Source: an uncultured bacterium
GTDB lineage: Bacteria; Patescibacteriota; Minisyncoccia; Phycocordibacterales; PALSA-1337
Direction: 5' to 3'
Length of the DNA stretch: 64,000 nucleotides
Assembly (NCBI GenBank): GCA_903872035.1
Contig: CAIQIZ010000021.1
Span: 18,157-82,156 of the forward strand
Of the stretch, positions 1 to 10,183 are shown in pieces (position 1 is the stretch's first letter; each line of letters begins with the position of its first letter). The notes under the pieces are model-generated. The model was given only the letters and a program-made list of their open reading frames with translations. It did not search any database and was not told the origin of the DNA. Position numbers and translations under genes: made by a program.

Positions 1-1182
1 GATCAGCAAGTGGATGAGACTCGACAAGCCAGATTTGATCCTATCTCTCATACGCTCCCCCGGGATGAAAAATACCCATATTTTCCTAAAGCATAGAGCC
101 ATCCGCCAGGCACGGGAACGATAGATGCTATTCAGCTCATAGGATTTGGTTTCAAGCTGTGCTTCTGTATATATCAATTTTTTTGAGATCAGGTCAAGGT
201 GTGATCTGGTATCATTCAAGTCAGCCTCAGCCATGGTAAAATTCTTTCTGGAACTTTCAAGCGCTGCTTTCGTTGAATCAAGAATGGCCGACTGATCTTT
301 GACGGAATCAGCAAACTTGGAGAATATCGATATGCTCGAAAATAATTCGTTTTCAAATAGTGGACGATATTTAACGCTTTTCGAATGATGGAATGTCAGG
401 ACGTCATAGTAATACACCGTCTTTTTATCTATGTCGCCGATCAATCTTTTGAGCTCCTTCTGATCGGACAGATCGATGATCTTCACTGGAATCCCATAGT
501 TGTCATAGAACAAAGCGTCATGATAACCGTTCTTGTGGAGATAATCGAAGACGTCCAGAGGTTCAGTATCAGTCACCGAATATAATTCGGGATCAAATTC
601 AAAATATATCACCGGTTTCGTCTCTTTGAGAAAGTTCTTCCCGCTTTTTAGGACGCTGAAGTCGAATCCGTCGGTATCGATCTTGAGTAGATTAGCCTTA
701 TCGAATGAAACGTGCTCATCTATCATTCTGTCCAAGCTTTTTATCCTCACACCGTTATGCGTGTCGGTTTTAAGACCTGGAACAATCCTAGCGGTCCCGT
801 GCTCACGATGAACCTCAAGTTTTTTGTTTTTTCGCGACTCTTCACCGCAATAACTTCCCTCTATGACGATCTTACTATCTGTGACACGGCTCGTATTAGT
901 TCTTAATAGCGGCAAAAAATCCTCATCTCCCTCAACGCACAGAAATGTTCCGGAGATTCTATCGGTGACAAGAAACACCGTGTCGCCAATATTCGCGCCA
1001 ATGTCTATCATTGTTAGATATCCGTCGATCTGGTTGATCTCTTCGGATATCCTCGGCAATGCTCGATCATAGGACGCTGAACCCGTATAATAAGTAGGCA
1101 GCTTATGAGAGGCCCGTATCTGCATGAACCTCTCACCGATCTTTTTCTCCACAATTGGATCTTTTTCGTCTTCTCTGGTCAT
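1..1182 (-). CDS. FkbM-family SAM-dependent methyltransferase with C-terminal coiled-coil (WbdD-like glycan chain terminator candidate). Partial: the 3' end lies beyond the window start
   Basis: Manual translation of the minus strand from ATG at 1182..1180 gives MTREDEKDPIVEKK...MIDIGANIGDTV...KIDTDGFDFSVLKSG..., an FkbM/Methyltransf_21-like N-terminal half. The C-terminal half is coiled-coil. There is no stop before position 1. The ORF track does not list it because it is incomplete. Confidence 0.6.
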   Translation of the reverse strand, partial: MTREDEKDPIVEKKIGERFMQIRASHKLPTYYTGSASYDRALPRISEEINQIDGYLTMIDIGANIGDTVFLVTDRISGTFLCVEGDEDFLPLLRTNTSRVTDSKIVIEGSYCGEESRKNKKLEVHREHGTARIVPGLKTDTHNGVRIKSLDRMIDEHVSFDKANLLKIDTDGFDFSVLKSGKNFLKETKPVIYFEFDPELYSVTDTEPLDVFDYLHKNGYHDALFYDNYGIPVKIIDLSDQKELKRLIGDIDKKTVYYYDVLTFHHSKSVKYRPLFENELFSSISIFSKFADSVKDQSAILDSTKAALESSRKNFTMAEADLNDTRSHLDLISKKLIYTEAQLETKSYELNSIYRSRAWRMALCFRKIWVFFIPGERMRDRIKSGLSSLIHLLI

Positions 1183-1186
1183 ATTG

Positions 1187-2476
1187 TTAGTTCCACTTAT
1201 AGCCTATATTCACCATGCCAAAATTCTTATCTTTGGAGAATACTTGGAAAGACTTCATCCTCGGAACATAATCGTAAGCGTTATGGACGTTATCACCATA
1301 TATAGCGAATCCGACATAATATGAATTCGTTCTCAGGGGGATATTTTTATAATCGACCTGACAATATCCATTCTTCTTGTATTTCTGGGTGTCGACCTCA
1401 TCCATAAAAGTATTGACCCCGAAAGCATAATTCCCATCGTCATTATATATTGCCAAGCCAAAATTCAATTCAGCGACTTCCTTGTGTTGCTTGAAATAGA
1501 CCCTGATCGACATATCATCTCCGCTTACAAAGACATTCTTCGGCTTACCATTCTTGTCGAGAAATTCCACACCCGTTATCACCACCGCCTTGCCGCCATC
1601 CCCGTCCCTTTCGGCATCCTCGGCTTTAGAACCTTTAGCGCCTTTTTGTTCTTTGATCCTAGCCATCTCTTGATCCCTCATAACCCTCCTCTCCTCATCT
1701 GACATATTCTGATAAATGTATCCGTTCGCCACCTCTTCAGCGCTGCCGATCATGACCACCTCGCCGCTACGGAGCAGCATGGCGCGATCACAATACTTCC
1801 GCATCGTGGAGATATCGTGAGTGACCAAGATGACAGTCTTGCCCATGTCTTTGTAGCGAACAAACTCCCGAAGACATTTTGATTGGAAATTGGAATCGCC
1901 GACTGCCAAAACCTCATCCATGAGAAGTATCTCGCGATTGGCATGGATGGCCACGGAAAAAGCCAGCCTGACTTGCATGCCGGAAGAATAATTTTTTATC
2001 TTCTGGTCAATGAATCGCTCTAATTCAGAAAATGCCACGATAGAATCGAATTTTTCATCGATCTCCTTCTCACAGAGGCCAAGGACGGTAGCATTCAGAT
2101 AGATATTGTCACGGCCAGAAAGTTCAGGATTGAAACCTATGCCAAGCTCGAGAAAGGGCGAGACTAGACCGTTGATATTTATCACGCCCTTGTTCGCGGT
2201 ATAAACGCCAGCCAAGATCTTTAACAAGGTCGATTTACCGCTTCCATTTCGGCCTATGATGCCAAAAAATTCTCCCTTTTTTACCTCGAATGAGACATCC
2301 TTCAAAGCGTAGAAAGATTCGTAGGAATTTCTTTTAAAGAAGTTGACGAAGGCGCTCCGTAAAGTGCTTATCTTTTCATGAGGGATCGTGAACTGTTTGA
2401 AAACGTTCTTAACAGAAATAGCGATGGGACGATCCTTTTTGCTCGCGGCTGAATTGTTATCGGTTGTTGATGTCAT
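1187..2476 (-). CDS. wzt: ABC transporter ATP-binding protein Wzt/TagH type (O-antigen/teichoic acid exporter) with a C-terminal Wzt_C-like carbohydrate-binding domain
   Basis: Walker A GRNGSGKST; ABC signature YSSGMQVRLAFSVA; Walker B LLMDEVLAVGD. About 170 extra C-terminal residues form a beta-rich domain typical of Wzt/TagH. Confidence 0.8.
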   Translation of the reverse strand: MTSTTDNNSAASKKDRPIAISVKNVFKQFTIPHEKISTLRSAFVNFFKRNSYESFYALKDVSFEVKKGEFFGIIGRNGSGKSTLLKILAGVYTANKGVININGLVSPFLELGIGFNPELSGRDNIYLNATVLGLCEKEIDEKFDSIVAFSELERFIDQKIKNYSSGMQVRLAFSVAIHANREILLMDEVLAVGDSNFQSKCLREFVRYKDMGKTVILVTHDISTMRKYCDRAMLLRSGEVVMIGSAEEVANGYIYQNMSDEERRVMRDQEMARIKEQKGAKGSKAEDAERDGDGGKAVVITGVEFLDKNGKPKNVFVSGDDMSIRVYFKQHKEVAELNFGLAIYNDDGNYAFGVNTFMDEVDTQKYKKNGYCQVDYKNIPLRTNSYYVGFAIYGDNVHNAYDYVPRMKSFQVFSKDKNFGMVNIGYKWN

Positions 2477-3267
2477 ATGAGTTCGGCAACAGTCTTTTCG
2501 TATTTCCGGAAGACTAGGAACGCGATCACTCCGGCCAAGACGATCCCGGCGACCATAGCCATGAAATGCCAGAATGTGGTGTAGTTGTTATTGATCAATC
2601 CTTGTTTGGAATAATTCACAATAAAAGCAAACGGGTTGAGTAAGATGATCTGCCAATATCTGACGGGTAAGGATGTCAGCGGATATATGACAGGCGATGC
2701 ATACATTATGACCGAAAGAAGCACTTCCCAGATCGTCGACAAGTCGCGAAACCGGACATAGAATGGCGCTGTCAGGAAAGAGAAAGCCACCGCCAAGATA
2801 TAGAGGAGCAGTGCGTATACAATGAACATGGCCACACCGCCCAAGGTAGGTATTCTGCCATAATATACAAAGAACAGAGCCAAAACGATCAGGTTCATGC
2901 CGAAGACGAACAGAGCATTCATTGTCGATCCCAAAACAATAGTCCAACGAGGCACATAGATCTTGGTCACAAGTTGCGCTTTGTTGACGAGCGACATGAG
3001 GCCAGTCATGGTAGCTTCAGAGAAGAATTGAAAAAGGAGCAACGCAGTCAATAGTTCCAATGGATAATATGGCGTACCGGAATTACGGAAATTGAAAATG
3101 GACGAAAAGACAAAGTTTAAAATAGTGAACATAAGGAGCGGCTTCAAGATCACCCAGACATAGCCGAGGACGCTACCATGGTAACGGAGCTTGAAATCGG
3201 TCTTGGCTATGCGCATCACCAATTCCCGGTAATTTTCGTGGCTTTTAGTCATAAAGCGGCTAGGCAT
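2473..3267 (-). CDS. wzm: ABC-2 type polysaccharide/teichoic acid export permease (Wzm/TagG)
   Basis: 264 aa with 6 predicted TM segments. The ATGA start overlaps the wzt stop. ABC-2 permease family features. Confidence 0.75.
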   Translation of the reverse strand: MPSRFMTKSHENYRELVMRIAKTDFKLRYHGSVLGYVWVILKPLLMFTILNFVFSSIFNFRNSGTPYYPLELLTALLLFQFFSEATMTGLMSLVNKAQLVTKIYVPRWTIVLGSTMNALFVFGMNLIVLALFFVYYGRIPTLGGVAMFIVYALLLYILAVAFSFLTAPFYVRFRDLSTIWEVLLSVIMYASPVIYPLTSLPVRYWQIILLNPFAFIVNYSKQGLINNNYTTFWHFMAMVAGIVLAGVIAFLVFRKYEKTVAELI

Positions 3268-3359
3268 TGCTATTCATTTATAGCACCGCCATGGCCTAAA
3301 GTATAGCATTTTGTCGTCCTATATCCCCTTGTTGAGAAGCGTCCTGGTCTAGACTGCTA

Positions 3360-5573
3360 CTATTTTTGCATTAGCTTGATCATTCCGTCCACACCTGTTT
3401 TTAGTTCCGGATGAACGCTCTCGAGTATCAATAACGTCTGAATAGCTTGTTGCACCATCCCTTGAGAATATTCCATCTGCGCCTGAGCAATCACGATATT
3501 CGCATCATCAGAAAAGAACGTCACGCCTTTGAATAGAACAAACAGCTTATTGGAATCATTGCTAGTAGCATAACTCTGGACATTTTTCAAAGTAGTGTTG
3601 AACAATGCGTCATTAGGGAGTATTGCATGAGCTTGAACATCATTACCCGCCAACTGAAGCGCGATAGCGTAGGCTTTTGCCACCTGAACATATTGTGGAG
3701 TAGCATCATATGCCTCTTTCAAGACCTTCACAGCTTGGTCATATTTCTTCATATATATGAGGTCGGCTGCAAACTCAAAATCGAACATCTGTCTAGCAGG
3801 TGATAATTCATGGGCTTTGGAAAGATAGGTTTCTGCGGCACCGATTTGACCAGTTTGATTTAGAGATAACCCGGCAAAATAATAGCTCCGCGCGTCTAGA
3901 GGTGTCGATCTGATTTGATTCGCCATCTCTCGACTGGCTAATTCGGTAAATTCCTGTTTGCGGTCTCTTGTAAAATCCGCATCCCAGTACGAACCGACAA
4001 AACATGAATACAATTGCTCTCGCGCCTCCTGTTCGATCATATACACGTTCGAATCAACAACCTTACGGAACGCTTCTATATTCACATCCTTGCTGCCGCA
4101 GGTGCCAACGGCGATAACTATTTCCCGAGCAACAACGATCTGTTTCGCCGAAAAGAAGTAGATCGTGACCGCCAACAATATCGTCAGTACCGGCAAAGCG
4201 ACATAATTTACAACCTCCCGCTTCATCGGGTTCGCACCGAACCATTTTATCTGGCGACCTTCTCTAAATGCGTTAACATACGCGAGCAACGCAAAGAATG
4301 GGACGTAACTGCCCAGATTGTCAAAAACAAAAAGATTGTTTATAGCATAAGCGACGAGAAGACCGGTTAGAATGCTTTTTTCGCCGATACTTGATAGCGA
4401 TTTCCAGATATAGATAATAAACAATATGTAAAGCATCAAGTATGATAAGAGACCGACAATGCCGGAATCGACCAAAGTATCGAGAAAGACGTTATGTGCG
4501 CGATCAAACCATTGTTCTTGGCCATCCATAGCCGGATTATAATGTTCTTGAAATACATAACTGAAATTTTCTTGTCCCCACCCCAGAATCGGCCTCTCCA
4601 TCGCGCCTTTCAGAGCCATCGGCCAAATGTATAGCCTCGACTGATTTGAGGCGTCACTGATCGAAATCGAGGCGAATCTATTCAAGATTGGACTATTTCG
4701 TATAAATGAAGCATTTCGGTTCAACCAGAAAATACATCCCGCGATCAATAGTAGGCCTATGATTCCCGCCGAGATCCAGCGCAATTTGTTCGACTCGCTC
4801 TTCCTGAATATCGCAAACAAGATCAGAGCTGATAAAAGGCCCCCTACGAGACCCAAGATCGCAGCCCGCGTCTGTGTTTCAAAAATGACAAAGCTGAATA
4901 GGACAACAAGAATGATATACGCCCACCGAAACGACTTATTCGACTCGATGTTCTTGTTGGACAGGATAGCTTTTGACTTGGCGACAATAAATAGATACAG
5001 AGAAATAAAGACATTGAAAATCATATAGACAGCCAGAAATTCGGCATTGCCGAATGACGCATCTAATCGGCCGAAATCTTTATGGAAACTTACCCAGCCT
5101 AATAATTGAAATAGGCCATAGATCGCCACGACACCGGCAACAAGCAAAGAAAAGTTCAACCATCTACGCCACAGAAGTTTTCCATCTTCACTGGCGCCGA
5201 ACACGCTAGTTATGACTATATAGAAAGCCCATAGATGAATAATCGTTATCCAACCGTCCATACGTTCAAGGTTCGACCATAAGCTACGCAAGACTTCGAC
5301 TCCAAGCAAGTCCGCGATAAGCGCGACGATCGCGAATATGCTCACGGCAATAGATAGTGACGACAACTTAGGCCTATATTTCGCATCCAATAAAGCCAGC
5401 GAGACCCAGCCGACAAAAGCTATTTCTACGATTACCCTAAAAAAGAAGGCTTTTCCGGTAATGAAAGGAAAAATGAAAGATTTCGTGACGATCAACGGAA
5501 ATATCGGCACGAGAAATAATGCCGCAATCGTGATATATCTAATTATCTTTTTTGATTCCATATAGCTTAACAT
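3360..5573 (-). CDS. O-antigen ligase (Wzy_C)-like polytopic membrane protein with C-terminal TPR repeats
   Basis: 737 aa. Many TM helices in the N-terminal 430 aa. The C-terminal soluble region has TPR-like repeats (YAIALQLAGN...). This architecture is common for O-antigen ligase family proteins. Confidence 0.6.
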   Translation of the reverse strand: MLSYMESKKIIRYITIAALFLVPIFPLIVTKSFIFPFITGKAFFFRVIVEIAFVGWVSLALLDAKYRPKLSSLSIAVSIFAIVALIADLLGVEVLRSLWSNLERMDGWITIIHLWAFYIVITSVFGASEDGKLLWRRWLNFSLLVAGVVAIYGLFQLLGWVSFHKDFGRLDASFGNAEFLAVYMIFNVFISLYLFIVAKSKAILSNKNIESNKSFRWAYIILVVLFSFVIFETQTRAAILGLVGGLLSALILFAIFRKSESNKLRWISAGIIGLLLIAGCIFWLNRNASFIRNSPILNRFASISISDASNQSRLYIWPMALKGAMERPILGWGQENFSYVFQEHYNPAMDGQEQWFDRAHNVFLDTLVDSGIVGLLSYLMLYILFIIYIWKSLSSIGEKSILTGLLVAYAINNLFVFDNLGSYVPFFALLAYVNAFREGRQIKWFGANPMKREVVNYVALPVLTILLAVTIYFFSAKQIVVAREIVIAVGTCGSKDVNIEAFRKVVDSNVYMIEQEAREQLYSCFVGSYWDADFTRDRKQEFTELASREMANQIRSTPLDARSYYFAGLSLNQTGQIGAAETYLSKAHELSPARQMFDFEFAADLIYMKKYDQAVKVLKEAYDATPQYVQVAKAYAIALQLAGNDVQAHAILPNDALFNTTLKNVQSYATSNDSNKLFVLFKGVTFFSDDANIVIAQAQMEYSQGMVQQAIQTLLILESVHPELKTGVDGMIKLMQK

Positions 5574-5576
5574 TCT

Positions 5577-7109
5577 TTATATGCCCTTATTTAGGAGTGC
5601 CCTAGTCGCCGGACCGACAACGCCGATAACGGTCAAACCGTTCTTTTTCTGAAAAGCTTCCACGGCAGATTTTGTTTGCAAACCAAAATATCCAGTAGGA
5701 GAACTAGAAAAAAATCCGTCCGCTTTTAGCCTCTGCTGTAATGCCAGAACTTCGCGGTCAGATACTCCGTAGTCAGTCATGCCTGGATACAAATATTTTG
5801 TGAAGCTGCCGGCAAATGATTGGCCAGGCGAGACGGCGATCGCGCTTTGTGCCCCGGATACCGTGCTTACAGGAGCATTCTGTGTAGAATCACCGATCCA
5901 TAGATAACTATGTCCTACCCTACCAGAAAGATCGGTGAAAGAAATAGCGACAGCTAAAGGCAAAACGTCACTCGCGGAAGGCTTGTACGAGGTATAATAA
6001 AGTCCGTTACTTCCCTGCGTCACGGCAGTCTGTGATCCGCCGATCTTCACTTGCACATTGTTGACAGAGACGTTCGCGCCAAAATTGAGAGAGATCGTAC
6101 TGTTTCCGCCGAAAAACAACCCGCCGGAGTTATTCGATGATATTGTCAAAGTGGAAAGTTGCGGCGGTTCATTAAACCCGGAAACGACTGGCGTCTGGAG
6201 CACGGTTTGGTTCGGTATAGCGCTTCCTGATGCCAACGAGTTCACGGTGATAGATCCGCACAGATATCCCTGGGCGCATACCGAGACGGTGGCTTGACCG
6301 ATAGTGGTACCCTTCAAAACCAAATTGGTGCCATCTATACTGGCGGTGATCGCATCTTTATTCGTATTTGCTGGGGTACTATATGTTCCAGGGCCATAAA
6401 TGCTGATCGTTTGTGCCGGCTGACCAACGACGACATAAGCTTGCGGCAGACTGAACGAGATTGCCTGTGTCGGAGCAGTGATCGAGACACTTAAAGTAGC
6501 GCACCCGGCTGTTGACGCACAGATCGAAATAGTCGACGAACCAGCATTAAGTCCGGTTACGAGCACCGAATTGTTCGAGGTTTGCACAGCAGTAGAAACC
6601 ACTGACAAATTAGAATTCCCTTGGACGGATAGAGCGTTGCCTGTATTCATAGGAAAGATATTCTTGCTCTGTCCGACGACCAAAGAGATATTTTGATCGG
6701 AAAGCGTCAACGAGCCTGTCTGGCCCGACGAACTGACAGAGGCCGGCCAGGAGACCTTGGAAGAATTGGCGCCATCAACCGAAACATATACAGAGACTCC
6801 GCCAGTCAGGCCGTAAGAATTCGGCGCAACGCCAACCGTAAAGGAACCTGCCGAGTTTGTTTGTCCAATATCTATAGATGTATAAGTCACGCTGTTCGTA
6901 CTGTTCGTATAAGAATTTGGGTAATAGAAAGTCACCGTCGCATTCTGGTCTGCTCCAGACACTGAAATATTCACCGATGAAGCGGTATTTATAAGCTCCA
7001 ACGTCGGAACAGATGCGGCTAACGTCAACTTACATTGCACAAGCAAGAAAATTGCCGCTAGAACGATGCCCGACGTGAGCGCTGGAATAGTTTTTGAGGT
7101 GAACTTCAT
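5577..7109 (-). CDS. Secreted S/T/N/G-rich surface protein with a C-terminal peptidoglycan-binding domain (PG_binding_1)
   Basis: Signal peptide MKFTSKTIPALTSGIVLAAIFLLVQCKLTLAAS. C-terminus LALQQRLKADGFF...GYFGLQTKSAVEAFQKKNGL...GPATRALL matches PG-binding domain repeats. Confidence 0.65.
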   Translation of the reverse strand: MKFTSKTIPALTSGIVLAAIFLLVQCKLTLAASVPTLELINTASSVNISVSGADQNATVTFYYPNSYTNSTNSVTYTSIDIGQTNSAGSFTVGVAPNSYGLTGGVSVYVSVDGANSSKVSWPASVSSSGQTGSLTLSDQNISLVVGQSKNIFPMNTGNALSVQGNSNLSVVSTAVQTSNNSVLVTGLNAGSSTISICASTAGCATLSVSITAPTQAISFSLPQAYVVVGQPAQTISIYGPGTYSTPANTNKDAITASIDGTNLVLKGTTIGQATVSVCAQGYLCGSITVNSLASGSAIPNQTVLQTPVVSGFNEPPQLSTLTISSNNSGGLFFGGNSTISLNFGANVSVNNVQVKIGGSQTAVTQGSNGLYYTSYKPSASDVLPLAVAISFTDLSGRVGHSYLWIGDSTQNAPVSTVSGAQSAIAVSPGQSFAGSFTKYLYPGMTDYGVSDREVLALQQRLKADGFFSSSPTGYFGLQTKSAVEAFQKKNGLTVIGVVGPATRALLNKGI

Positions 7110-7131
7110 GAGTGTATCTTATGATTCATAA

Positions 7132-8178
7132 TTATTGTGACACAGAAACAGTAAAAGATAATGTTACCGGCTGTGAGTTCTGTCCGTCATTGACATATAT
7201 CGTATGCGGACCAGTCGGAACATTGGCTGGAACCGTAAATACCAACACAGTTCCATCAGAAGATATATACTGATTTGTAGCACGCAGACTGGAATTGTTT
7301 GCGTCAAAATAGACAGAAGCCGAAGGGGTAAATCCCGAACCGAGCAACACAACTGAAGTCGCATCATCGGCAAAGGCGGACGCCGGCATTATTCTGCTCA
7401 CACTTAATTGCGAAGCAACGACAGTGAACCATCCGCTCGTTAGATCCGCCGGACTGGAGCCGGCATTCGTGCCCTGCAGCCGGATCCTATACGTTCCAGC
7501 CGAAAGAGTCTGATAAGAATTAGCTGATGGGGTCAGGATCTTTCCAACCTTCCAGAGATATTGATTTCCGTTTGTTCCGGAAGATTGATCCTGCGCTATG
7601 AATCCCACACCCATGCCACCGGGCTGCTCCAGAGTTATATTATAATTCCCCGCCGGAGCCTTGTCCCATCTTATGACCGTGGAGCTACCTATAGACAGTA
7701 CCTGACCGGTAGTAGGAGATGTGACGGAACCGGTCGGAATCGATGGCACAGATGCCGTAACTGGTACTTTTATTGTTGGAGTTGAAGCAGGTGTTGCGCC
7801 TTGAACTGAAGATACGCACGTTTTTTTACTAAGCAAGGCACGTGTCATTGGACCTACATAACCAGTTGAAGAAATGTTGTTTGTAAGCTGAAACGCCTTG
7901 ACCGCAGATACTGTCGCTGGTCCAAAATATCCTGTCGGAGTCGCGGCTAGGAAACTCGAGTCGCGCAAGTAGCTTTGAAGTTGATAAACGGGGCCGCCAG
8001 AAAAGCCGTCGGCTGTACCCACACCTATGTCCGAATTCAGATTTATGCATGTCGCTCCATAGACACGATCCGTAACGCCGATAAATATGCCCACCAAAAA
8101 GATAATAGCGACAACCGTTTTATCGACGATCGGTCTTGAACTATTGGAGAGCCATGTATGCACAAATAACTTATTCAT
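7132..8178 (-). CDS. Secreted surface protein with an N-terminal peptidoglycan-binding domain. The track ORF runs to 8223; the probable start is MNKLFV at 8178
   Basis: N-terminal TM/signal VVAIIFLVGIFIGV, then PG_binding_1 motif TGYFGPATVSAVKAFQ...GPMTRALL, then an S/T-rich beta-rich region. Confidence 0.55.
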   Translation of the reverse strand: MNKLFVHTWLSNSSRPIVDKTVVAIIFLVGIFIGVTDRVYGATCINLNSDIGVGTADGFSGGPVYQLQSYLRDSSFLAATPTGYFGPATVSAVKAFQLTNNISSTGYVGPMTRALLSKKTCVSSVQGATPASTPTIKVPVTASVPSIPTGSVTSPTTGQVLSIGSSTVIRWDKAPAGNYNITLEQPGGMGVGFIAQDQSSGTNGNQYLWKVGKILTPSANSYQTLSAGTYRIRLQGTNAGSSPADLTSGWFTVVASQLSVSRIMPASAFADDATSVVLLGSGFTPSASVYFDANNSSLRATNQYISSDGTVLVFTVPANVPTGPHTIYVNDGQNSQPVTLSFTVSVSQ

Positions 8179-8221
8179 TTCACCACCAATTATACACGTA
8201 ACCGGGCGATTTGGACAACAC

Positions 8222-8248
8222 AAAAACCGCCCTAGAAGGGCGGTTTTT
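8222..8248 (-). terminator. Rho-independent terminator (bidirectional hairpin AAAAACCGCCC-TAGAA-GGGCGGTTTTT) downstream of gene 8315..10183
   Basis: Perfect 11-bp stem flanked by A-run and T-run. On the minus strand it is followed by TTTTTGTGTTG. Confidence 0.7.
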
Positions 8249-8314
8249 GTTCCAACATTGTGACCCGTTGGGAGGAGACTCTAAGCTACACGACTACTAA
8301 CTGACCCAGATGGG

Positions 8315-10183
8315 TTAGAAGTTAGCCGTAGCGTATAGAGTGTTTCCAATCGTAGGAGCCGATAGAGAACCTGCGCCTGTAACCGCGCTACCATTCCAAC
8401 CAGTTTCATACTTCAAAGCAGTGATGCTATAAGTACCCTTTACAGTTCCAGGAAGACCGCTTGCGGACTCTGTAACGGTGAAGGTCTTTGTATTACCCGC
8501 ATCGACATAGAAGTGAGCCGATCCACCACTTGTAGTATCACCTGTAGAATCGTTATCGCGGAAGCTGACATTTGTCCATGTTCCAGTTCCCGTTGTAGCA
8601 GCTGTGACCGCATTGGCATAATTCGCATCTACGAAGATCGGATTATTTCCAGCAGTCAAGCTGTAGACGAAGTAGAATGTCTGAGACGATGAAACGTTCG
8701 CTATTGCTCCAGGAACAGAATCATGAGTAACAGCCAAACCACTCTGTGACACACCTGAATCTGCGAACGTCAAGACGTTGCTATTCGGGGTGATCGTGTT
8801 AACAGCGAGCGTGTTGTAAGAATTGTCGATAACGCTCGGGTTGTTTCCAGAAGCACCTGCTGTTCCAACAGCCACAATGCTTGTCGAGGCCATCAAACCA
8901 TTCAATGAGCCGCCAACTCTTCCTGCTGTATCGGCATTGACATTTGCGTAGACTGACACCGGAGTCCAGACATCGGCAGATAGCGGTATCACCAAGCTTG
9001 TGAAGTGCGCTACGGTTATGGCTGCATTCGAATTATCTATCGAGCTTGCAGAATATGTCTTACCTGCCGCCGAAATAGATATCGTGCCGAAAAGGTTAGC
9101 CACATTGCTGTTAGTGCTGATAGTGACATCCAGGCTCTGCATTGTTGAATTCACATTGGCAGACTTGACATCGTATATAGCCAAGAGAACATTATTGGTA
9201 TTAACCGATGTCGAGATCTGCACGTTTCCTGTTGTCGGTTGAGTGCTGTCAGACTTTACATTGATCTGACCAATGTTCGAACCTTGATAGGTGAACGAAC
9301 GCGCGGCAGATACAGTCTCTGTATCTGTCACACCGGTTCCGTCAACTGCACGGACTGATGCTCCGAGGATACTGATCGGGCACGAACCTGTCGGACAACG
9401 ATCTGAGCTCGGAAGGAATGACATATTGACTGTGATGTACTTACTCTGTGCGGCCTTAACAACGAAGCTAGCAGGAACGGTGATGCGATAATCGCTACCG
9501 GCTGTAAGCTCAACAAAGCTTGAAGCAGTCAAGTTGTTAACTGATCCAACGACAGCGCCTGTTTCATCCTTGAGGGTGATTGTGCCTGCGTAGAGCCAGA
9601 TATAGTTGTTAAAATCAAACGTGAAGCCGGAGACTGCCATATCGGAAGCTCCTGCCTGAAGTTTGTATGATGCAACATCATAAGCACTACCCTTGTAGGC
9701 TGAAACACCTGAAGGGGAAGACCACAGTGAGGCCGAGAGGATACCCGGTACACCAACGGTGGTGATACCAACCGTAGTGCCAGTGACCGGAGTCGTGCCT
9801 GTGAGCGGGGTACAATTGTATCCGACTGGACACTGAACGACTGGGGTTCCACCAGTGACTACTGTGCTACCTGCATTCAACTTTCCGCGTGTCAAAGGAC
9901 CGACGAAGCCGGTCGCAGGAAGACCAACGGATGTCTGATAAGCAACAACGGCAGCCTTGGTCTTAGCACCAAAGAATCCTTGGGCCACGCCAGCTGGCAT
10001 GGTGAGGAAGTTATTGGCGACGAGCCAAGTCTGAAGAGCTACAACGTCCTGACCAGTCGAACCAACGGTCAAGTTGTTCGAGAAGGTGTAACCTTGAGCG
10101 CTTGCGATCATGGTGAAGGCCAAAACGGCGATACCAGATGCAATAAGAACTTTTTTCATATCTATTTTTATAATTAAACGCAT
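8315..10183 (-). CDS. Secreted T/S/G-rich surface protein with an N-terminal peptidoglycan-binding domain
   Basis: Signal peptide MKKVLIASGIAVLAFTMIASAQG (alternative start at 10159). PG-binding motif TGQDVVALQTWLVANNF...GFFGAKTKAAVVAYQ...GPLTRGKL. Long low-complexity beta-rich remainder. Confidence 0.6.
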   Translation of the reverse strand: MRLIIKIDMKKVLIASGIAVLAFTMIASAQGYTFSNNLTVGSTGQDVVALQTWLVANNFLTMPAGVAQGFFGAKTKAAVVAYQTSVGLPATGFVGPLTRGKLNAGSTVVTGGTPVVQCPVGYNCTPLTGTTPVTGTTVGITTVGVPGILSASLWSSPSGVSAYKGSAYDVASYKLQAGASDMAVSGFTFDFNNYIWLYAGTITLKDETGAVVGSVNNLTASSFVELTAGSDYRITVPASFVVKAAQSKYITVNMSFLPSSDRCPTGSCPISILGASVRAVDGTGVTDTETVSAARSFTYQGSNIGQINVKSDSTQPTTGNVQISTSVNTNNVLLAIYDVKSANVNSTMQSLDVTISTNSNVANLFGTISISAAGKTYSASSIDNSNAAITVAHFTSLVIPLSADVWTPVSVYANVNADTAGRVGGSLNGLMASTSIVAVGTAGASGNNPSVIDNSYNTLAVNTITPNSNVLTFADSGVSQSGLAVTHDSVPGAIANVSSSQTFYFVYSLTAGNNPIFVDANYANAVTAATTGTGTWTNVSFRDNDSTGDTTSGGSAHFYVDAGNTKTFTVTESASGLPGTVKGTYSITALKYETGWNGSAVTGAGSLSAPTIGNTLYATANF

